IMG/VR virus record: IMGVR_UViG_3300046115_000044
Location: 1 to 25,550 of that record
Strand: one strand, 5' to 3'
Source: a virus
Taxonomy: Duplodnaviria > Caudoviricetes
Length of the DNA stretch: 25,550 nt
The notes under the pieces were generated by a model, which saw only the letters and a program-made list of their open reading frames with translations, did not search any database and was not told the DNA's origin. The translations under genes and the position numbers were made by a program. Each line of letters begins with the position of its first letter. Positions within the stretch are counted from its first letter, which is position 1. Shown piece by piece: positions 12,799 to 22,660 of this stretch.

Positions 12799-13772
12799 CT
12801 TCTTGCTACCCCTACGTGAATGTGGTCAAAGTGATCGCCGCCAGTCATCGTTCGGTAAAGCACTTGGATTCGATAGCCTCCTCGGTTGATCGTTGCTACT
12901 AGGGGCTGTCCCTTCTTATACTTGATCCCTAGTTGCCTAGCGATCCTCACAGCAGCTGCATCCATCGCAGCAACCGAGCCACCCATGTCACGAGCAAAGG
13001 CGGTTTTACTACCCATCCAGTGGTCAGAGACGCCACCGCTTGCCGTAGACTTACGATTCCTCTTCTCACTGGTGGTGGTCAACTTTACTCCAGAGGTGAT
13101 CTGATTGACCACACCTACCGATCCGCCCCAACCTCCACCGCCCTTAGGCTTTATCGGTCTAGTGACACCGCCCTTCACTCTAGTTTGCCCGGCAGCTTCG
13201 GGAGGCTCACCCTGAGAGAGTGTGCTGATGAAGGTAGCCGCACGTTGTGAGAGCGGTCCTACCTTAGCCACCAGATCAAGCTCAGTCTGAGCAAACAGGC
13301 CCTGAGCCATCTGCCCCTGATAGCCCTTCTCTAGCCCCGCAACGCGGGCGCCATAGGCGAATGCCTCTTTAGGGGCTCCCATGTCCTTGTACAGTTTGAA
13401 GGCCTTCTGCACCTCTGCCTCGGGGTCAGCCGGTCGCTCGAAGCGTCGAACGATCTGGTTGATGGAGGAGAGCCCACGCTTGCCTGCTGCTCCAGACCTC
13501 GACATCTGAGACATTGCGTAGCGAACGCCTGCCTGTGAATTAGCCCATGCTGCAGTTTTACCAGCAGGCAGCGCGCCCCCACGATGCAGCTGGAAAGGTC
13601 CGTAGCTAGTACCCTTATCACCCACAGCTCCAAACGTACCTCCACCCTCAACTCGAGAAACAGCTGCTACCGCATAGGGATCTAATCTCAAACGGCGGCT
13701 GTTGTTGGTAATCATTTGCCACAGCCTGGGGTTGATCCCCGGGTTTCTCATAGTAAGCCTAGGGCGTGCCAT
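12795..13772 (-). CDS. Two-domain peptidoglycan hydrolase: lysozyme-like N-domain plus putative M15-like Zn-peptidase C-domain
   Basis: VEGG...GDKGTSYGPFQ...RFERPA (phage tail lysozyme-like); SDH...ARD...HFDHIHV. Start ATG 13772 after GAGG. Confidence 0.75.
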   Translation of the reverse strand: MARPRLTMRNPGINPRLWQMITNNSRRLRLDPYAVAAVSRVEGGGTFGAVGDKGTSYGPFQLHRGGALPAGKTAAWANSQAGVRYAMSQMSRSGAAGKRGLSSINQIVRRFERPADPEAEVQKAFKLYKDMGAPKEAFAYGARVAGLEKGYQGQMAQGLFAQTELDLVAKVGPLSQRAATFISTLSQGEPPEAAGQTRVKGGVTRPIKPKGGGGWGGSVGVVNQITSGVKLTTTSEKRNRKSTASGGVSDHWMGSKTAFARDMGGSVAAMDAAAVRIARQLGIKYKKGQPLVATINRGGYRIQVLYRTMTGGDHFDHIHVGVARR

Positions 13773-16700
13773 AGAGTTCAACCTCGCGTTCATCCCACGC
13801 CATCTCAAGAACATCTACTTCTCTACGAAGCAGCTTCAACGAAGCTTCATCCTCAGGATCCATCAGCTTGCCCTGATCCTTCAACTCAGCCTTCTGAGCC
13901 TCCATCATATCAATCAGCCTGTAGCCCCAAGACCTGTGAAGCTTCAGGAGGTCGACAGGCATTAGCCGAATGCCCGTCATCCACGATACCATATCTGCGC
14001 GCGCCTGTCCTTGCTGGTGTTCCGTAGCAGCAGCGGGCGATATAGACTGACCGAGGTTGTTGATGAAGGGGGTAGACATTTGCTCCAGGACGTAAATGCG
14101 AGAGTTAGTCATGAGCAGCCGCCCGTTCTTCGTCTCCGTTACGCCGAAGAAGTTCTGGAGAGGCTTGGGCAAATGCTTGATCCATCCAGGAGCATCTCTG
14201 TAGCTATTGCGCCAATCGTTGGACGAAGCTCGCTGGTAGTCTATGGGCCTAGCAAGGCCAAGCTGATTGTTGGACGCATACTCGAACGCGACCTTAGCCC
14301 CAGGGAATGGGACTGGTGCGAGCGGGCCAACCATGCCAGTGATGGGAGCAGCAATCCTCATTAGCTTCTGTGGGAAGGGCTCACCCGTGTCACGGAAGAT
14401 GTCCCAGAAGGGTGGAAAGAGATTGAGCGAAATGAATGGTAGCTTGGGATTGAGGTAGAGTGGCTGGTTTGCTGGCAGACCAAGCTTCTCTCGTGCCCAG
14501 CTTGGTACGGGCATACGGAACGCCTCGAGATTGTCGAAGAACTCGGGTAGTACTGCGCGGAATTCCGCCGGCAACGAGTCGTCCATTTCCTCGTTCACGT
14601 AGGTAGTCATTTGATTGAAGGCCTGGATGTATCGGGGCTGCTGGGCAAGCTGCTCCATCTGCAGAGCCCAGTTACGAGAGAAGTAAGTATAGAAGGGCAT
14701 GACAGTCTTAGCGAAGCGTCGTTCGTTCTCCGTAAGATTACGGTAGTCGAATTGGAACTTGTTGGACAGGTCAGCACCAATGTCGTACTGGACCTTCATC
14801 TGGGCCTTCGTGAGTCCTGGTGCGCCCTTGAATCCTGGTACTACTACAGGGCCGTAAGCTTCGAGGAATTGCCTGATCTCCGGGTCACGCGCAGCCTTGT
14901 TGAAGGGCGCGAGGCGCACTACATCTTCGATGGCGGCATTCACCGCTCGACCGACGTTAGCAATTTCGGGCCCGAACGCAACCAGTCCAAGCGGGTTTCC
15001 CGTAGCAAGCGCGACACCACCAGCTACCTGTCGCGTGCGGCGCGCTGCAAATCGCTTCCGAGAAACCCCGGCCGTCCGCTTGAGTGGTCTAGTCGCAAGC
15101 AGTCCAGGGCGGCGCTCCTTGACTGCCCGCGATACGCTGGGCCCGAAAAGCTCCTGTTCAACCTGTCCAGCAATTCCACCCTGGCCACTTGCTGTTGCCT
15201 CCACAGAAATGAAAGACTGGCCGCCGCCAATGCCTCTTGCACGAGCTTCAAGCATTGTCTCGGGTGTGTTACCAAGGCGGTCCCTAGTGACCATGCCCAC
15301 AGCCCTAACGTAGTCGATCGGGTTGACGACGGCTGCGAGCGCATTGTTGAACACGGCGCCAACGAAGTTCATGGTGAAGAAGGCCGGATTCATTACCGTA
15401 GCGAACGTCTTCCACTTATTCTGTGGCCAGTTCATGATCTTGAGCCATCGACCGAGCTCATGATCCTGCATGGCTTTATTGCCCATCGCCTCAAGGGCGG
15501 TCTCGATTTCAGGCGGCACCAAGAACTTGCGCGTGCCGAAATTGTGAGGCACCCACCCCATTCGACCCAATTGAGAAGCCTGCCCGAAGGGCGTCGGTAT
15601 CTCAACTGCGAATCGGGGGTCCTCTAGGATTCGCTTCTGAAAGCCTCGGAAGGCGATTCGACTGGTAGCCTTGATTGAGAAGTGAGCTGCTGCGTCGATG
15701 GGATCATCGAACCTAGTAGCCATCTCATCCCAAATCTTCTCAATCTCCCTGGGTGAAATATCAGCGTTCTTTGCAGCGTTCATCGTTTGAGCGACTACAC
15801 TTTCTGTACGTCGCCGCAAAGTCTTTAGAGCAGGATCAGTGATGCTTTCGACAGGTACGCGATGAATGCCGTTACGCGCAGAGCTCTCTACGATAGGCCC
15901 TTCGTTGACCATCTTCGTCATGGGAGCAAGTAGATCGGCTGCGGTATTTACACCCACGTCGCTGATGCTCTCCTGGAATCGGCGAAAGTCGGTGAACTCA
16001 GCCCTCATACTTGCCCTGAGCAGATCGTTGCCCACGTGGTGAAGTACGTGATTAGGAGTCTCATTCAGGAGCATGCGATAGGGCTGAGACTTATAGAGCT
16101 CCTCAGATCCCCCACGCATGGCCTTAGCCAGGTACTCCGTCATTTGAGGGCTACCTGGAATCTCCATGCCCGCGAATCGAACTCCACGCCCATACCTACC
16201 AGGCTTCAGGTGACCCAAACCCTTTTGACCTTCGAGGCTAAACTTGCGGAGCTGGTCAAGTGCGTCCCCCATTGTCCAGGGGCGCCCATTGAGTGCGTGC
16301 ATGTAGGACTGAGCCTCACGAACCGTAGTGAATCTACGGCCCTGATGAGTTCCTCGACCCTTACCCGGTCGCGTCATGATATGGAGAGCCTCGACTGCCG
16401 AAGCCCTGTCGCCCTCTGCCAGTAGCCTCATTGCGGCAATCCTGGAGGGTGCCGTCGCACCGAAGGTGAGATACATTGTTGGATCACTAGCGATAGCTGT
16501 GGTCAGAGAAATGACTCCAGCATGACGACCCATGAAGCTGTCTGGACCGTACTTCTTGATGATGCTCTCATGAATGATCTTCTGTCCCTCATCCTTGACC
16601 ACAGTGTCAGGGACCTCACGAAAGCCGGCCCCGATAGCTTTGAGTATTTCCCAGGGCTCAGAGATCGAAGTTTCCTCATAGCCGCCTGATTTGTTTCGCT

Positions 16701-17004
16701 CGACCGTGTAGGCGTTGAGGAACCCGATAACAGCGTTGGAGGGGGTGTTCAGTACTCTACCAACGATCTTGAGTAGAGGACTAGGACGGCTCTGCTTAGC
16801 GAGTCGCATGTGGAGCTGATTGGTAGCTTCATACAGCTTGGCCCTCTCAGGATCTTCCAGAGCTAAGCGGCGCCTAGCATCTGCCATTAGGTCAGCTCTA
16901 GTCTTTATCCGAGGGCGCCGAGACTGATATGCCCCACCGCTAGGTAGCGATATACCTCCAGAAGGCGACCTAATGCCTCCAGCGCTTGGCAGCGGAATCG
17001 GCAT
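13759..17004 (-). CDS. Large internal virion / DNA ejection protein
   Basis: 1081 aa, helical, with MPFYTYFSRN..Q....P segments typical of large podovirus ejection proteins; last-but-one gene of the virion block. Confidence 0.65.
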   Translation of the reverse strand: MPIPLPSAGGIRSPSGGISLPSGGAYQSRRPRIKTRADLMADARRRLALEDPERAKLYEATNQLHMRLAKQSRPSPLLKIVGRVLNTPSNAVIGFLNAYTVERNKSGGYEETSISEPWEILKAIGAGFREVPDTVVKDEGQKIIHESIIKKYGPDSFMGRHAGVISLTTAIASDPTMYLTFGATAPSRIAAMRLLAEGDRASAVEALHIMTRPGKGRGTHQGRRFTTVREAQSYMHALNGRPWTMGDALDQLRKFSLEGQKGLGHLKPGRYGRGVRFAGMEIPGSPQMTEYLAKAMRGGSEELYKSQPYRMLLNETPNHVLHHVGNDLLRASMRAEFTDFRRFQESISDVGVNTAADLLAPMTKMVNEGPIVESSARNGIHRVPVESITDPALKTLRRRTESVVAQTMNAAKNADISPREIEKIWDEMATRFDDPIDAAAHFSIKATSRIAFRGFQKRILEDPRFAVEIPTPFGQASQLGRMGWVPHNFGTRKFLVPPEIETALEAMGNKAMQDHELGRWLKIMNWPQNKWKTFATVMNPAFFTMNFVGAVFNNALAAVVNPIDYVRAVGMVTRDRLGNTPETMLEARARGIGGGQSFISVEATASGQGGIAGQVEQELFGPSVSRAVKERRPGLLATRPLKRTAGVSRKRFAARRTRQVAGGVALATGNPLGLVAFGPEIANVGRAVNAAIEDVVRLAPFNKAARDPEIRQFLEAYGPVVVPGFKGAPGLTKAQMKVQYDIGADLSNKFQFDYRNLTENERRFAKTVMPFYTYFSRNWALQMEQLAQQPRYIQAFNQMTTYVNEEMDDSLPAEFRAVLPEFFDNLEAFRMPVPSWAREKLGLPANQPLYLNPKLPFISLNLFPPFWDIFRDTGEPFPQKLMRIAAPITGMVGPLAPVPFPGAKVAFEYASNNQLGLARPIDYQRASSNDWRNSYRDAPGWIKHLPKPLQNFFGVTETKNGRLLMTNSRIYVLEQMSTPFINNLGQSISPAAATEHQQGQARADMVSWMTGIRLMPVDLLKLHRSWGYRLIDMMEAQKAELKDQGKLMDPEDEASLKLLRREVDVLEMAWDEREVELYGTP

Positions 17005-18317
17005 TAGTGGGGGAAGTCACCTGGCTTCTTTGACTTACCGCCGCCAGGTGGATTGCTTGGTACCCACTTCTTATATCCGAACCTAGTGCGGGTAACACTG
17101 ATAGCGATATTTCTGGGGATGCCGTTAGACAGCAACGCCTTGAAGAGAGCATAGGGGCCCTTGATTACCGTCGATGGCACTCGCTTCTTCACTGTTTGGT
17201 ACTTGAACCACTTACCGCTACCTGGTGGATCTTCAATGGCCCCTGCAGTACCCTGCCCTACAGGCACCCAGTCACTGACGCTGTAGGTCTTAGGATCACT
17301 AGGACTAGTGAGTGCGACAGCAAGAGCGAAGGCGTTAGCTCTTTGCTCCTGACGAACAGCTGCTCTTCCACCGCCCTGTGTAGCCTGCTGTTGTAGAGCT
17401 ATCTGCTGCTGTGTAGCTGAGATGTTGAACTGCCTTCGCTGCTCTGACAAGTCCTGCTGGAACTGACGATCCTGCTGACTCAACTGCCGTGCAGCAAGCG
17501 TAGGCTTACCCTTGTACTTTCCAGTCAGCTCACCCTTCTGAAGGCCTAGCGTCTGCTTGGCGACGCCGAAGTCCCTGTCAGCCTGGAGCTTCCTGAGCGC
17601 GAATTCCCTCTCAGCTATCAAGCGATCAGCAAAGTTCTTGTCGATGAGAGTTCCGCGCTGAGTCTTGATGTGGTCTATTTCCTGCTGGACCTGCGTGATA
17701 GCCTGATCGTAGGCGAACGAAGTCTCCTTCTCCGTCTGAGCGCGCTGGAGCGGGAAGACTCGCCCTGCAAACGCCTCTGCAGCGGCCACGTCTGCCTGGC
17801 TACCACCAATCGAAGCGAGCTGAGCAGCAGCGCTTGATCCCTCAAGCTCCTCAGTTGCGCCTTCTACAGGGGCGGTGAACGGCTCTACAGGAATAGGAGC
17901 TCCTAGAGTTTGTGCAAGACCCTGAGCCTCTGCGGCTCGAGACTGCTGAAGTGCTCCTAGTCGTTGCTTGGCTGCCGCGTAGATCTTTTCTTCGTCAACT
18001 CGAGACTGCTCGGAGTACTCACCAAGGCGTTCAGCCATGCCAGTGACATAAGGCTGCAGCGTTCCGTAGAGCGATCCGATATCCCCCATCGCGCGGCTTT
18101 TCTCACCACCGTAGCGTGAGGCAGCTCGTTCAAGAGGTGATACTGCCTCACCAATTTCGAAGTCAACCTCCTTCGTTACGATATCTCTAAGCTCTGCCCT
18201 CGTAGAGGGATTGAGAATACTAGCCTTTTTCGCAGCAGCTGCCTTCGCTATCGCGGCATTCTTCTTCTTCCTAGCAGCTGCTAGTCTACGTCTCCGTACA
18301 GCACCTGGTAGAGCCAT
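17004..18317 (-). CDS. Putative internal virion/ejection protein
   Basis: 437 aa, Ala/Gln-rich coiled coil, basic N-terminus; GGGAGGTG RBS; position after the tail genes. Confidence 0.6.
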   Translation of the reverse strand: MALPGAVRRRRLAAARKKKNAAIAKAAAAKKASILNPSTRAELRDIVTKEVDFEIGEAVSPLERAASRYGGEKSRAMGDIGSLYGTLQPYVTGMAERLGEYSEQSRVDEEKIYAAAKQRLGALQQSRAAEAQGLAQTLGAPIPVEPFTAPVEGATEELEGSSAAAQLASIGGSQADVAAAEAFAGRVFPLQRAQTEKETSFAYDQAITQVQQEIDHIKTQRGTLIDKNFADRLIAEREFALRKLQADRDFGVAKQTLGLQKGELTGKYKGKPTLAARQLSQQDRQFQQDLSEQRRQFNISATQQQIALQQQATQGGGRAAVRQEQRANAFALAVALTSPSDPKTYSVSDWVPVGQGTAGAIEDPPGSGKWFKYQTVKKRVPSTVIKGPYALFKALLSNGIPRNIAISVTRTRFGYKKWVPSNPPGGGKSKKPGDFPH

Positions 18318-18332
18318 TATTCACCTCCCTCA

Positions 18333-19670
18333 TTAGCCATTAGGGCCGACCTCTTCGAATCCGGCAGGTGCACTCAGCTGAGAAGCCCTTCTGGCAGCAG
18401 CCTCAGCCAGGAGTCGGTAGAGGTCGAGATTGTACCCGCCCACCAACCCTAAAGCCTGACCGCGAAGGTCTGCTTGCTGTCGAGGCAGAGCCATCTCCAG
18501 ATCAGCCAGGCTGCGTGTGTAGGGCTCCTCACTTTGTGCAGTGTCCTCAGCGAAGTACCCTGACCACAGATTACCAGAGAGTGCGCCTCTACGCTTCGCA
18601 CCGAGTCTTGCTAGATCCGTAAGACGGCCTAGATCACCACGCTGTCGTTGTGCACTCACCTCAAGTTCACCAGGTACAACATCTCCGCCCGCGGACGTGT
18701 ATCCTAGCTGCCTGAGGATGTCGTGATACTGCTTCCTCATATCTCGCTCAGTAAGTGCTCGATTAGCCTCAAACTCAGCATCGGTGTACGCACCAAGCGG
18801 ATGGGTTGGTAACTGAGGATTTTCTGGTAGATATTCGCCCCCAAATTGAGGATCTTCCTCTGGTGATGTAGGAGCAGGTGGTAGCCCCCCAGGAGGCGGC
18901 TCTCCAGGAGGTAGCTCGTTCTCGCCAGGCATTCCAGGCATCCCAGGAATTGGAGGTCCAATCGTACCACGCTCAAGTCCTGGAGGAAGTTGAGGGTTAC
19001 CCTCACCTGGAAAAGGTGGAATTATATCCGGATCGGGCTCCGGAAGAGGACGGCCTTCTTTAGTTGGTGGTCTTAGTCCTAGCTCCTCTAGGATATCCAC
19101 GAAGGGAGTGTACCCCTGCCCCTCATCTGCCTTCGCAGCCTGCATCAAGCGATTCAAGAGCTCTCTAGTGAAGAGCTCACTAGAACGGCCGATACCGCCA
19201 CCTGCTTGATCAGAGGTCTGATACCTGTTGAAGTAGTCCACGATGCGGTTGAAGTTCTTCTCGATGCCAACACCCATCTTCGGACGAAGCATCCGAATCG
19301 CCTCTATGAAGTCCTTCTGAGTCATTGTCCCAGGCAGTTTAGTTCCCGGGTGAGGAGGCAGTTGTCCACCTCCACCGATCACCGGACGTATGGGCTGTGG
19401 GTTCCCAAGCTGACCAGGAGGCGGCCTGCCTCCCTCACCGATAGGGATCTGAGCTCCTCCGGGGGGCTGACTAGGCTGGGTCAGAGGCAGCACCTTGCGC
19501 TTGACCACACGCTCTATTGCCCCATCGGGCGCTCTCTTGAAGCGCTGCTCGATCTCGTGACCAGGCTGTGGTTGAGGAGGCCGTGGAAGCATCATTTTTG
19601 GTGGTCCAGGCCTGCCACCAAGCTGATTCCCAAACCTCGCCCTTCGAGCCTTTCTTCTTCTGTAAGCCAT
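18333..19670 (-). CDS. Pro/Gly-rich putative virion (ejection/pilot) protein
   Basis: 445 aa, Arg-rich N-terminus, two Pro-rich tracts, helical C-terminus; AGGAGG RBS. Confidence 0.55.
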   Translation of the reverse strand: MAYRRRKARRARFGNQLGGRPGPPKMMLPRPPQPQPGHEIEQRFKRAPDGAIERVVKRKVLPLTQPSQPPGGAQIPIGEGGRPPPGQLGNPQPIRPVIGGGGQLPPHPGTKLPGTMTQKDFIEAIRMLRPKMGVGIEKNFNRIVDYFNRYQTSDQAGGGIGRSSELFTRELLNRLMQAAKADEGQGYTPFVDILEELGLRPPTKEGRPLPEPDPDIIPPFPGEGNPQLPPGLERGTIGPPIPGMPGMPGENELPPGEPPPGGLPPAPTSPEEDPQFGGEYLPENPQLPTHPLGAYTDAEFEANRALTERDMRKQYHDILRQLGYTSAGGDVVPGELEVSAQRQRGDLGRLTDLARLGAKRRGALSGNLWSGYFAEDTAQSEEPYTRSLADLEMALPRQQADLRGQALGLVGGYNLDLYRLLAEAAARRASQLSAPAGFEEVGPNG

Positions 19671-19678
19671 CTACCCTC

Positions 19679-20935
19679 CTATGCCTTGACCCACTCACAA
19701 TGAACAGTCATGCCGTTGTAAGTAGCTGTACCACCACTTGTTCTCATGGACATAACGATATACCAAGCGATCGCTGTGGGGTTAGGTGTTGTGTCTGCAT
19801 CAACTACTTTATACCAACCACTGTCTTCGTATTCTGGAGTGCCTGCTCCTGCACCCTCTGAAATCTGGGCCTTGTCCGTAACAATCTGTGTTAGTGTGGC
19901 ATCATTTATATCCACCTCGTAGATGCTTATACCAGCAGAAGCTACGTTGGCTGTAGAGCAAACAAGGAAGCCATTTATGCGGATTCTCGGGCGCCATCCT
20001 GCATCGTGCATCATTAGCGCCTCGGGGTAAGAAATTCTACCCATTTGTGTCTCGTTGGTAGGAGTGAATGAGGTACTACCAGTCGTGAAAGCAGCCTGAT
20101 TCTGATGGCCTTGCATGTGGGTGTGAGGAAGGGTCCACTCTGTGCCGTCACACACAGCCACCATATCAATGTCCTCTACCCAAACAGTGGCACCCTTGAG
20201 TGCGGCACTGGGGGCAGGAAGGTCGGCGGTGTTGATACGGGGAGGCTTTATGATGTTGTCCCCGCCCAAAACCCAAGCTGCAACATTAGTGGTTTCTGCC
20301 TTGATACCCTTGGTAGTATCCACAACAAGGTCAGATACCAACTGCCCCAACACGGACAGAGTACCACCTACAGATAGTTCATCTGAAATTACCACGTCAG
20401 GGCCAATCACTGCATTTCCAACTACCACAAGCTTGTCGTCAGTCTTCAATTCGTTCGCGCTGCTACGGTAGAGATTGGTATCGAATGCAGCAGCTCCAGA
20501 GCTCCACTCTATAAGACCGTCAGCTCGGATCTGCAAGCGCGGTACTGAATCAGCTAGCTTGTAAGCCTTGTAAGCGGAACTGAACTCACTAGTCCGTTCA
20601 ACATCGACACCGCTCTTGGCCCACAGGGTGCCAATCACTTCAAAGCTATCGTCAGTCTTTAGAATGTTAGCAGCACTGCGATAGAGATTCACGTCGTCAC
20701 CGAAGAGTAGCTTACCGGAAACAATCTTGAAGTCTCCAGTAGCAGGGTCAAACAAGATCAAGCTAGTGACTACCCAAGCCCCAGCACCTTGATCCCAGTA
20801 CGAGATTTGTCCGGTGATTGTCCCCTTCCTGAACTTCTGAGTTAGCTCACGAAGGTTCTTCTGAACGGCCATGTGACCATTCTCCTGATCTCGTTCAGGA
20901 TGGAAGGGGAAGAAGATTTCCTGGCCAACGCTCAT
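19679..20935 (-). CDS. Tail fibre / receptor-binding protein
   Basis: Beta-rich; two NLYRSxANxLKTDD repeats; KGATVWVED...CDGTEW knob-like motif; immediately after the nozzle gene. Confidence 0.75.
   Translation of the reverse strand: MSVGQEIFFPFHPERDQENGHMAVQKNLRELTQKFRKGTITGQISYWDQGAGAWVVTSLILFDPATGDFKIVSGKLLFGDDVNLYRSAANILKTDDSFEVIGTLWAKSGVDVERTSEFSSAYKAYKLADSVPRLQIRADGLIEWSSGAAAFDTNLYRSSANELKTDDKLVVVGNAVIGPDVVISDELSVGGTLSVLGQLVSDLVVDTTKGIKAETTNVAAWVLGGDNIIKPPRINTADLPAPSAALKGATVWVEDIDMVAVCDGTEWTLPHTHMQGHQNQAAFTTGSTSFTPTNETQMGRISYPEALMMHDAGWRPRIRINGFLVCSTANVASAGISIYEVDINDATLTQIVTDKAQISEGAGAGTPEYEDSGWYKVVDADTTPNPTAIAWYIVMSMRTSGGTATYNGMTVHCEWVKA
20435..20689 (-). repeat. Internal peptide repeat NLYRSxANxLKTDD (20648-20689 and 20435-20476)
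   Basis: 12/14 identical residues with many synonymous nucleotide differences. Confidence 0.85.
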
Positions 20936-22470
20936 AGGTAAGTCACCACAGCTGAGGGTGGAGCCCGTCGATCACCTAGAGCAATCACCTCAAGTTCCAT
21001 TCGACCAATGCGTGGAGTACCTCGGTGTTGGTCGTAGCGTGTGCCTCCGACCCAGAAGTCCTTTTCACCCAGGTTAGCTGGTGTACTTTCTAGGTGGATT
21101 GAGAGAGACCGACAATACAAGTCTACTTCTATCGAGGCGTCGTTCCAGAGGTTGCCGCCAGCATCCTCAAAGTCAACGTCATATGACTTGACGGGCGTAT
21201 CACGCTCCCAATCCGTAAAGAGCTTCACAGTTACCTTGTCGGTAGTCTGAAAGTGACTTCCTGCGATTTTCAAGCGCCGAACGTACTTCGTGACGAGCGG
21301 AGACCCGAAATCGTAGAACTTCGTTACGGCCTGGCGCTTGAAGGCCACACTGTTATCGTCCGCCTTAGCGTAGTCGTAAACCGTGAGTACCTTGTTTGTA
21401 GAGTTAGCCAACCCATACAGCTCGGGCTGCATAGCGGTATCCATGCCGCTCACAATGAAGTGCACGGGCAGCCGATTCACCACCCATGGTCGTCGCTCGG
21501 CGTGCATATCCCAGTCCAGCGCAATGTTGCCGTAGGACTGGCCAATCTCTCTAAGGATAAAGCCAATGTGGTGGTGAGCGAAAATGTAGCCTGTTGCGGT
21601 TGCGTAGGCATCCGCATGGAAGATTTCCCCTGCACCAAAAGCTCCATCTAGATTCATAGAGATTTTCTCAGCCGGTCCATCACTGTGGAACAAGTAAATT
21701 CCGTGGTGAGAGAGGAAGAACAGCATTCCCATGTGGACTACCACAGCGTCGTGGTTCATCGCTCCTACCTCGTCATCTACAAGACGGTTAGCGAAAGTGA
21801 TAGGATCATAAATGATGTAGGTGCGGTCCTCCTTAGACACCATGAGGATCTCACCGTTAGTGCGCAGTGCTGTGATACCTCTCCCGTCGCCCTTACCAAT
21901 GTCCACGAAGCCCAACGCAGGCCAAGTAGTAGGATCACCAATGGCGCTCGCGTAAACTCGGTCGGGTGTCGAGCTTACGCCAGCGACCCACATGATCTCC
22001 TTCCAGCTCTCTAGCATCGTACCAGCAGGCCCAGCACCGATAGCTGTGTGAGTTGTGCCATCCCATGACGCAAATCCCACACCGGGCTTACACATCCAAA
22101 CCTTGGCAAGGTAGGTCACAAACCGAGAGCGGTTGAACAACGTCGTCCCGAGGCCAGAGACTATAGTTGTCCAAGCGCCGGTAAACGGTGGCCCCGTAAT
22201 GTACCTCAAGACCCCTGTGCTATCGTGATTCAGGATCTGATCGCTAGCACCGATACGAGCGAAGTAGTGACCTGAAAGACCCCTATCACCACCAGCTCCG
22301 AAGGCGGTTCCACTGCCATCACTGCCACCTCGACCCAGGAGCTCCCCATTAGGCCCGAGGTGGAAGTTCAGTATATCTCTCAGTTGGTCATCCGCGATGG
22401 TTTCTGGCTCAGGAAACCAGGCTACACCACCTGGAAAACCGGGCAGTTGCATGATCTGGCTAGGAGGCAT
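20932..22470 (-). CDS. Tail nozzle / head-closure (stabilization) protein, beta-propeller type
   Basis: FPGG...N.....G.L..R.G N-terminal pattern, RVYASAIGDPTTW, FLSHHGIY, TKFYDFGSP..TK; follows the adaptor. Start moved to ATG 22470. Confidence 0.75.
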   Translation of the reverse strand: MPPSQIMQLPGFPGGVAWFPEPETIADDQLRDILNFHLGPNGELLGRGGSDGSGTAFGAGGDRGLSGHYFARIGASDQILNHDSTGVLRYITGPPFTGAWTTIVSGLGTTLFNRSRFVTYLAKVWMCKPGVGFASWDGTTHTAIGAGPAGTMLESWKEIMWVAGVSSTPDRVYASAIGDPTTWPALGFVDIGKGDGRGITALRTNGEILMVSKEDRTYIIYDPITFANRLVDDEVGAMNHDAVVVHMGMLFFLSHHGIYLFHSDGPAEKISMNLDGAFGAGEIFHADAYATATGYIFAHHHIGFILREIGQSYGNIALDWDMHAERRPWVVNRLPVHFIVSGMDTAMQPELYGLANSTNKVLTVYDYAKADDNSVAFKRQAVTKFYDFGSPLVTKYVRRLKIAGSHFQTTDKVTVKLFTDWERDTPVKSYDVDFEDAGGNLWNDASIEVDLYCRSLSIHLESTPANLGEKDFWVGGTRYDQHRGTPRIGRMELEVIALGDRRAPPSAVVTYL

Positions 22471-22660
22471 CAGGAATGTGCCTTGCTTCGTTGTTCTCGC
22501 GCGTAAGGTAGTAACTATCGAGGTCGTCCATGATTTTGTCCACGTCCTCATCACTAAGCCCAAATTGCGCCCTGAGGGCTGCAGGTAGCTGTGATCGACC
22601 CTGAGAGGCGTTCTTGCCCTTGAGGAATCTAGCCACGTCCAGGCGCGTAATTATGGCCAC
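22460..22660 (-). CDS. Hypothetical 66-aa protein
   Basis: Short overlaps with both neighbours; fills the gap between adaptor and nozzle. Confidence 0.65.
   Translation of the reverse strand: MAIITRLDVARFLKGKNASQGRSQLPAALRAQFGLSDEDVDKIMDDLDSYYLTRENNEARHIPDAS

Noticed and set aside
14611-15627. 338-aa + strand ORF and other antisense/nested ORFs in the track
   Set aside because: Lie opposite or inside well-supported genes, lack RBS and motifs; expected in GC-rich coding DNA.
22471-22563. Longer nozzle start at 22563
   Set aside because: Would overlap the 66-aa gene by about 100 nt; the recognisable nozzle N-terminus begins at 22470.
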